Assembly: GCA_024276825.1 (NCBI GenBank)
Contig: JAJRWI010000003.1
Span: 27,323 to 91,322, forward strand
Source: an archaeon
GTDB taxonomy: Archaea > Asgardarchaeota > Thorarchaeia > Thorarchaeales > Thorarchaeaceae
DNA length: 64,000 nt
Direction of reading: 5' to 3'
The position numbers were made by a program, and so were the translations under genes. This document shows, piece after piece, positions 58,362-64,000 of this stretch (position 1 is its first letter; every line of letters begins with the position of its first letter). The notes below the pieces were generated by a model, which was given only the letters and a program-made list of their open reading frames with translations, was not told the DNA's origin and did no database searches.

Positions 58362-60731
58362 ATGGGTAGAACACTAGGACATATCACCCAAGCGAGATAC
58401 GATGATGATAAAGTAGAGTTCCTGTGTGAGAATGGTCGGATGATGATCACTGTACTAGGACCAAAGGTCATCAGGATTCAAGCCACTCTGGGTGAGAGAT
58501 ATCGTAATCATGAGTCTTTTGCAAGGGTGCCATATCATGAGGACGAGGATGTCACCATGGTTATGACCGAGGAGGGGTGGAATATATTCACTAATCATTA
58601 CACTATCAAGGTCACTCGGGATACATTGATGACAGTATCTAATGAGAAGGGAGGGTATGTCCTCTTTGAACAGAAGAGCGCAGTGTTATGGACTGGTAAT
58701 GAGTTTAAAGTACGGTTCAAGATGATAGGAGAGGAACACTTCTACGGGTTTGGGGAGAAGGCACATGGATTGGACAAAAGGGGACTGCATTATGAGATGT
58801 GGAACACAAGTAATCCAGATTATGATTCAGAGTCAGACCCATTATACCAGTCAATCCCATTTTTCATTGTTTTGAGAGAGGGTATTGCCCATGGGATATT
58901 TTTCGACAACACATACAGAACATGCTTTGATTTGGGAAAAGAGGAAGAGGATACATATTATTTTGGAAGTATAGATGGGCCTGTTGATTTCTATGTGATT
59001 GGTGGACCAACCATTTCAGAAGTTATAGATGGATATACTGCAATCACTGGAAGGCCGTATTTTTTGCCCCGTTGGGCTCTTGGACATCAGCACTCTCGAT
59101 GGATGGAATATGATAGTCAAGAAGACATATTGAGATGGGCCCATGAGTTTAGACTCCGTGAGATTCCATGTGACACTCTTGTTCTCGACATTGCGTATAT
59201 GGATGAATATCGCATTTTCACTTGGGACTCCAAAGTCTTCCCAAACCCAAGGGAGTTTACAGACAAGCTCAGGGAGAAAAACTTCCGTGTAATGGCAATA
59301 ATAGATCCAGGAGTCAAGCTCGACGAGTCGTATGAACTATATAAGGAGGGGAGAGAGTATAACTATTTTCTAAAGTGTAATGATGGGAGTGTATATGTTG
59401 GGCTTGTCTGGCCTGGTGAAACAGTCTTCCCAGACTTCAGCAGAAAAGAGGTGCGTGAGTGGTTTGGATCAAAATATGTAGGATTTGCCAAGACGGGTGT
59501 GAGCAATAGCAGTTGGTTGGACATGAACGAGCCTAGTAACTGTATCTACAAGGGGTTGATGGAAGAATACTCGATGAAGAGAGTTGTAGACAATAATGGG
59601 GATTCTTGGGAACCACGTTTAAGAAATGTATATGGTTTGGGAATGATTCAAGCAGCATTTGAAGGGTTGAGGAGGGCGCATCCAGGAGAGAGACCTTTTT
59701 TGCTGACTCGTTCAGGCTATGCGGGGTATCAACGGTATTCTGCCATGTGGACCGGTGACAATCACTCCACATGGGAACATCTATGGTTGACCATCCCAAT
59801 GCTCTTGAACCTAGGAATGTCGGGAGTACCATTTGGAGGAGCAGACATCGGAGGCTTCTCGGGAGATGTCACACCCGAGTTACTCGTGCGTTGGTTTCAA
59901 CTCGGTGTGTTTTATCCCTTCTGTAGAAATCATTCTAGACTGAACACTGCAAGACAAGAACCATGGTTATTTGGAAAAGAAGTCGAAGACATAGTGAAAT
60001 CATATCTCTCTCTAAGATATGTGCTCATGAGATACTTTTACTCCTTATTGCATGAGGCAAGCTTGAGGGGGGCGCCAGTCATGAGACCACTTGTCTTTGA
60101 GTTCCAAGATGATCCAAACACATATACAATCGACGATCAGTTTTTCTTGGGACCATTCATGCTGATTGCTCCAGTACTCGGTCCTAATGATAAGACTCGG
60201 CGGGTTTATCTCCCAGATGGCATATGGATTGACTACTGGAGTCATGAGGTGGTCCAAGGGACATCCATCATCACTGTTAATACGCCTCTTGATAAAATAC
60301 CAATATTTCTAAGAGCTGGTGCAGTGATACCAACAGGAAGAGCCATCCAGTACTCTAATGAGGACCAAGGGGACCTCATACTATGGGTCTGCCCCCACGG
60401 TGATGGAGAATTTGAATTATATGAGGATGATGGGATTTCTGAAAACGGGCCATATTCAATAACCCGTTTTACTGTAAGGAGCAGTGATGATGAAACCCAT
60501 CTCTTTATACATAAGAGGGAGGGCACATTTCCAATCGATAGGCGTATGGTGGTACAGTTCTGGGGACTCTTTGAACAACCGAAGAGTGTCAGAATTGATG
60601 ATGACACAATAGAGTTGGCCACAGACGTGAAAACCCCATACGATGCAATATATGACCAAATAAGGCATATGTTTGTATTAACACTGGATGATGATGGCCA
60701 ACCTCATGATATCATCTTCAAATTGAAGTGA
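58362..60731 (+). CDS. GH31 alpha-glucosidase
   Basis: YGFGEK, WLDMNEP nucleophile, WTGDN acid/base, GADIGGF. Confidence 0.92.
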   Translation: MGRTLGHITQARYDDDKVEFLCENGRMMITVLGPKVIRIQATLGERYRNHESFARVPYHEDEDVTMVMTEEGWNIFTNHYTIKVTRDTLMTVSNEKGGYVLFEQKSAVLWTGNEFKVRFKMIGEEHFYGFGEKAHGLDKRGLHYEMWNTSNPDYDSESDPLYQSIPFFIVLREGIAHGIFFDNTYRTCFDLGKEEEDTYYFGSIDGPVDFYVIGGPTISEVIDGYTAITGRPYFLPRWALGHQHSRWMEYDSQEDILRWAHEFRLREIPCDTLVLDIAYMDEYRIFTWDSKVFPNPREFTDKLREKNFRVMAIIDPGVKLDESYELYKEGREYNYFLKCNDGSVYVGLVWPGETVFPDFSRKEVREWFGSKYVGFAKTGVSNSSWLDMNEPSNCIYKGLMEEYSMKRVVDNNGDSWEPRLRNVYGLGMIQAAFEGLRRAHPGERPFLLTRSGYAGYQRYSAMWTGDNHSTWEHLWLTIPMLLNLGMSGVPFGGADIGGFSGDVTPELLVRWFQLGVFYPFCRNHSRLNTARQEPWLFGKEVEDIVKSYLSLRYVLMRYFYSLLHEASLRGAPVMRPLVFEFQDDPNTYTIDDQFFLGPFMLIAPVLGPNDKTRRVYLPDGIWIDYWSHEVVQGTSIITVNTPLDKIPIFLRAGAVIPTGRAIQYSNEDQGDLILWVCPHGDGEFELYEDDGISENGPYSITRFTVRSSDDETHLFIHKREGTFPIDRRMVVQFWGLFEQPKSVRIDDDTIELATDVKTPYDAIYDQIRHMFVLTLDDDGQPHDIIFKLK

Positions 60732-60787
60732 ATGACTTCCTATCAGTTATTCTTATAACTGAAAATGATACAGCAGTGTTCACGCAC

Positions 60788-60893
60788 GGGTCGGTGGTCT
60801 AGCTTGGCTATGATTCGTGGTTTGGGTCTCTTGAGCGCAGGCTCAGAGCAAGGTTCCACGGGATCCCCGGTTCAAATCCGGGCCGGCCCACCA
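60788..60893 (+). tRNA. trnP: tRNA-Pro(TGG) with 28-nt intron (60827-60854)
   Basis: GGGTCGG/CCGGCCC acceptor, CGTGG/CCACG stem, BHB helix TTTG/CAAG. Confidence 0.9.
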
Positions 60894-60926
60894 TTGTTTC
60901 TTGTTTATCAAGTATGATGACATACA

Positions 60927-61841
60927 TTATTCAAGGATCAGTTTTAAAATGGCCATTCTTGTGATGACTCCATTGTATACCTGATTGAAATACTTGGCAT
61001 GGTGAGAGTCATCCACGATAGGATCTATCTCATCTACACGAGGCAAAGGATGCAGGATGACGGTGTCATCACGCATGAGTTCGAGTTCTTCAGTGCTGAT
61101 TCTAAACTTGCCCTTCACAGCATCATATTCTCGGATGTCAGGGAATCGCTCCTTCTGTATTCGAGTCATATATACAACATCAACATCACGAATTGCTTCT
61201 TCCACACTGTCTACTTCTGTGACCTCTATTCCAATCCGTTTCATCTCTTTAACAATGGCAGGCTTCATCCTAAGAGGTGGTGGCGCTGCAAGCATTATCT
61301 TGACATTATATTTTGAGAGAGCCATTCCAAGAGAGTGAACAGTGCGACCATATTTTAGGTCTCCACATAGGGATATTGTCAGCCCATCAATCTTCCCCTT
61401 GATCTTCTTTATTGAGTAGAGGTCTAACAGTGCCTGTGTAGGATGCTCTTCGGCGCCGCTTCCCGCGTTTATTATAGGAATTCTGGAAAACTCTGCTGCG
61501 ACCCGCGCGGAACCGTCAAGAGGGTGCCGTATCACTATCACATCTGCATATTGTTCAACAGTTCGTATTGTGTCTGCGAGGGTTTCACCCTTGCCACCAG
61601 CACTTGTTGTCACCACATCTGCAAAGCCCAAGACTTTTCCGCCTAAGCGAAGCATCGCACTCTCAAATGAGAGTCGAGTCCTAGTGGAGGCTTCAAAAAA
61701 CAAGCAAGCCATGATTTTGTCCGAGAGTTCTGTGCTTCGCTGTATTGCCACATCCTCCATCTTCGAAGCGGTATTGAGAATCAGATCAATATCATCACGG
61801 TCTAAATCGAGAATGCTAATCAGATTATTTAGTCGTCCCAT
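60927..61841 (-). CDS. pyrB: Aspartate carbamoyltransferase catalytic subunit
   Basis: FFEASTRT, HPTQ, RIQKERF, HPLPR. Confidence 0.96.
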   Translation of the reverse strand: MGRLNNLISILDLDRDDIDLILNTASKMEDVAIQRSTELSDKIMACLFFEASTRTRLSFESAMLRLGGKVLGFADVVTTSAGGKGETLADTIRTVEQYADVIVIRHPLDGSARVAAEFSRIPIINAGSGAEEHPTQALLDLYSIKKIKGKIDGLTISLCGDLKYGRTVHSLGMALSKYNVKIMLAAPPPLRMKPAIVKEMKRIGIEVTEVDSVEEAIRDVDVVYMTRIQKERFPDIREYDAVKGKFRISTEELELMRDDTVILHPLPRVDEIDPIVDDSHHAKYFNQVYNGVITRMAILKLILE

Positions 61842-61910
61842 AAGCAGCGACTCCAGCTTCAGCTGGGAATGGAATCACATGAAGGTGACTCTTTAACCTT
61901 TCCAAAATGA

Positions 61911-62396
61911 CTATTGAGATTTATTCGTGGCGTTCCTGCCATATTTTCTTTTTACATTGATTCTGCGTATTCTTAAATGGGACTGTGCGAGCAACTCAGC
62001 TGCAAGTCTGTCATCGTACTCTTCAATATAGATTATCTCTTCAATCCCTGCATTTATTATCATCTTGGTACAGATGCTGCATGGCCTTGTTGTGACATAT
62101 ATCTTTCCGCCCTTCACTGAAACCCCATGATAGGCAGCTTGGATTATGGCATTCTGCTCGGCATGTAGACCCCTGCATAACTCATGGTGCTCTCCTGACT
62201 TCAAACCCATCTCCTCACGTATGCAACCCACCTCATCGCAATGGGGGAGACCTTTTGGAGCTCCGTTATATCCAGTACTTAGAATCTGTGAGTCCTTTAC
62301 GATGACTGCACCCACTTGATTTCGTAAACAAGTAGAACGTGAAGAAACCAAATCCGCGATTTCACCGAAATATGTGTCCTTACTCTTGCGGGCCAT
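61911..62396 (-). CDS. dCMP deaminase-family protein
   Basis: STGYNG, HAEQNA, PCSIC. Confidence 0.9.
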   Translation of the reverse strand: MARKSKDTYFGEIADLVSSRSTCLRNQVGAVIVKDSQILSTGYNGAPKGLPHCDEVGCIREEMGLKSGEHHELCRGLHAEQNAIIQAAYHGVSVKGGKIYVTTRPCSICTKMIINAGIEEIIYIEEYDDRLAAELLAQSHLRIRRINVKRKYGRNATNKSQ

Positions 62397-62539
62397 TAGT
62401 AAGTCGTCCTTCGTTGGTTTTGCTCCAAGGAGATTTTCTGACTTAAGAAGTTCATTATAGTGGGAGTTTCCAGATTGTAATAAAACGACAATATAAAAAG
62501 AAAGGCATGGGAATGTACTTGCATACAGAGGTTGATCCA

Positions 62540-62899
62540 ATGAGAAAGCGGGATGGCATCATTGTCTGGCCAGTATATCTTGATTCCACTCTGACTAGGG
62601 CACAGGGACGGAGGATTCCTAAGAACCTTGCTGCACCGGAGGTCACCCTCAACATTCTCATGGAGGCTGCGAAGGCCATTGGTCTTGAGTTTGATGCTGA
62701 ACCAGACAAGCTATATCCAAGGGCGTCACGGGACCAACAGGGGGGAGGATATATCGTTCTGACCAATCCACAAGGACATAAGAAAAAGAGACTGTTGCTC
62801 ATGTTGGCAAAGAGTGTGAGAAAGATTGTTGCCAAGAGAGAGGCTGCAAAGAAACTTGCAGAGAGAAAGAAGGGCAAGAAGAAGAGAAAGCGGAAGTGA
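62540..62899 (+). CDS. srp19: Signal recognition particle protein SRP19
   Basis: [22 protein letters not shown]. Confidence 0.92.
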   Translation: MRKRDGIIVWPVYLDSTLTRAQGRRIPKNLAAPEVTLNILMEAAKAIGLEFDAEPDKLYPRASRDQQGGGYIVLTNPQGHKKKRLLLMLAKSVRKIVAKREAAKKLAERKKGKKKRKRK

Positions 62900-62914
62900 T
62901 TGGGGAGTTGAATC

Positions 62915-63157
62915 ATGGCTAGACTCGGGAAAGTGCTGCATATTACAAAGAGGGGATCATTGATTCTTAGGGTCAAGAAGATTCCCCCAATGGGTCCAAA
63001 TGCGGTTGTGCTGAACACGAGTGCAAAGAGAGTGGGGATTGTTCAAGATGTGTTCGGTCCAGTGAAGAACCCCTATGTTTCCATCAAACCAGATGATAAG
63101 GAGAGAGCCACAAGACTGGTGGGTCAAGTACTCTATCTCAAGAGAGAGAAGCGATAA
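62915..63157 (+). CDS. gar1: H/ACA RNP protein Gar1
   Basis: LGKVLH, VGIVQDVFGPVKNPYVSIKP. Confidence 0.9.
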   Translation: MARLGKVLHITKRGSLILRVKKIPPMGPNAVVLNTSAKRVGIVQDVFGPVKNPYVSIKPDDKERATRLVGQVLYLKREKR

Positions 63158-63295
63158 TTGTTGCATTTTTTCTTGTGCACATATGTACATAAATGTACAT
63201 CGTTTATCAGAAATGATTGGCATCTATCATTGAATTAATATGTATCAATGTAGAATGTTGTCTATTGTCATGTGTCTATTTCAAGGGTTATATAA

Positions 63296-63640
63296 ATGAC
63301 GAGATTAGAAAGCCAAATAATTGATGCACTTCAAGTAGCAGGCATCAATGGTCTGAAACTCGATGAGCTATCAGATCAACTCGGAGTAGACACACAAGAC
63401 ATCAAGACAACAATCAGCGAACTAGTGAAAGAGGGAAAAGTGATGCAAAAACAGAACACTGATGGAGAACAATTCGTGTTAAGAGAGCACCTAATGGAAG
63501 GTGGAGAGGGAGGCATTGGCGACCTCAACGGATGTCCATGTTTTCATTGTTTCAAGATAAGTAGATGTGGAGTACGACAACCAGACTCTCCAATACGGTG
63601 CAGAGAGCTTGAGGACTGGATACTAACTGACTTATCATGA
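63296..63640 (+). CDS. RPC34/C34-like wHTH plus Fe-S protein (TFE-beta-like)
   Basis: N-terminal wHTH; CPCFHC..ISRC....SPIRC..L.DW. Confidence 0.75.
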   Translation: MTRLESQIIDALQVAGINGLKLDELSDQLGVDTQDIKTTISELVKEGKVMQKQNTDGEQFVLREHLMEGGEGGIGDLNGCPCFHCFKISRCGVRQPDSPIRCRELEDWILTDLS

Positions 63641-63645
63641 GCGCA

Positions 63646-64000
63646 TCACTCTCGTTTTGGACCAGTTGCAAGCAAGTATATCTCGGCACTGGTCCGTCGT
63701 GATGCATCAGGCTTGACAAGGCGTAAAGAGTGAAACATGCTTCGCATATCATGTAGAAATTCTTGGAACCCGTGTCCCTGAAACACTTTTGTGAGAAGCT
63801 TCCCCTCATCGGTGAGCAATTTCATTGCAATGTCCACAGTTCGCCTCGCAAGATCGAGCTGTCTTATTGCATCCAGTTCCCAATTCCCACTGACCTTTGG
63901 TGAGCAATCAGACAACACGAGTTCAACAGATCCCTCAGTGAGACGTTCGATATCGTTCAACACTTCAGGGTCTGTGATGTCACCCTGAATAAACCTGACA
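63646..64000 (-). CDS. rlmE: 23S rRNA 2'-O-methyltransferase RlmE/FtsJ (5'-truncated)
   Basis: GDIT, VLSDCSP.VSG, KVFQG, KPDASR..SAEIY. Confidence 0.9.
   Translation of the reverse strand, partial: VRFIQGDITDPEVLNDIERLTEGSVELVLSDCSPKVSGNWELDAIRQLDLARRTVDIAMKLLTDEGKLLTKVFQGHGFQEFLHDMRSMFHSLRLVKPDASRRTSAEIYLLATGPKRE

Noticed and set aside
58032-60787. GH31 gene between tRNA-Thr and tRNA-Pro as an integrated island
   Set aside because: No duplicated tRNA 3' end (att site) and no integrase
113-63988. Numerous antisense and alternate-frame ORFs in the supplied track
   Set aside because: They shadow well-supported genes and have no recognisable motifs

Overview
Gene-dense archaeal core-genome window. 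It is most likely from an Asgard archaeon, probably Thorarchaeia; this is inferred from a longin/NPRL2-like protein, eS30, SmAP3, a C34/TFE-beta-like protein, cdrS-ftsZ, mch and an Hdr/Mvh cluster. It holds information-processing genes (csl4-rpoL-tfs-rpa3-pcn-priS-gins, nop5-fib, rnhB, dnaG, pelA, rps6e-eif2g, elp3, rpl3-4-23-2, srp19-gar1), an HdrCB + split HdrA/MvhD cluster, acs, pyrD/K/B, a GH31 glucosidase, a stand-alone 5S rRNA and five tRNAs (four intron-containing, one with two introns). The most interesting items are: (1) a putative O2/iron-sensing signalling operon joining a di-iron ODP-type sensor to an NPRL2/GATOR1-like longin-wHTH protein, with a TACTAT-N7-ATAGTA operator shared by the divergent padR promoter and a hemerythrin-PAS gene; (2) a ~160-190 nt intergenic element in two ~78% identical copies with compensatory base-pair changes; (3) an orphan two-repeat CRISPR-like mini-array; (4) large unassigned structured RNA candidates upstream of dnaG; (5) a 757-aa wHTH/ferredoxin protein coupled to the Hdr cluster; and (6) a protease-less Lon ATPase and a MetAP paralogue with an active-site substitution. 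All calls are by eye; no database searches or folding programs were run.
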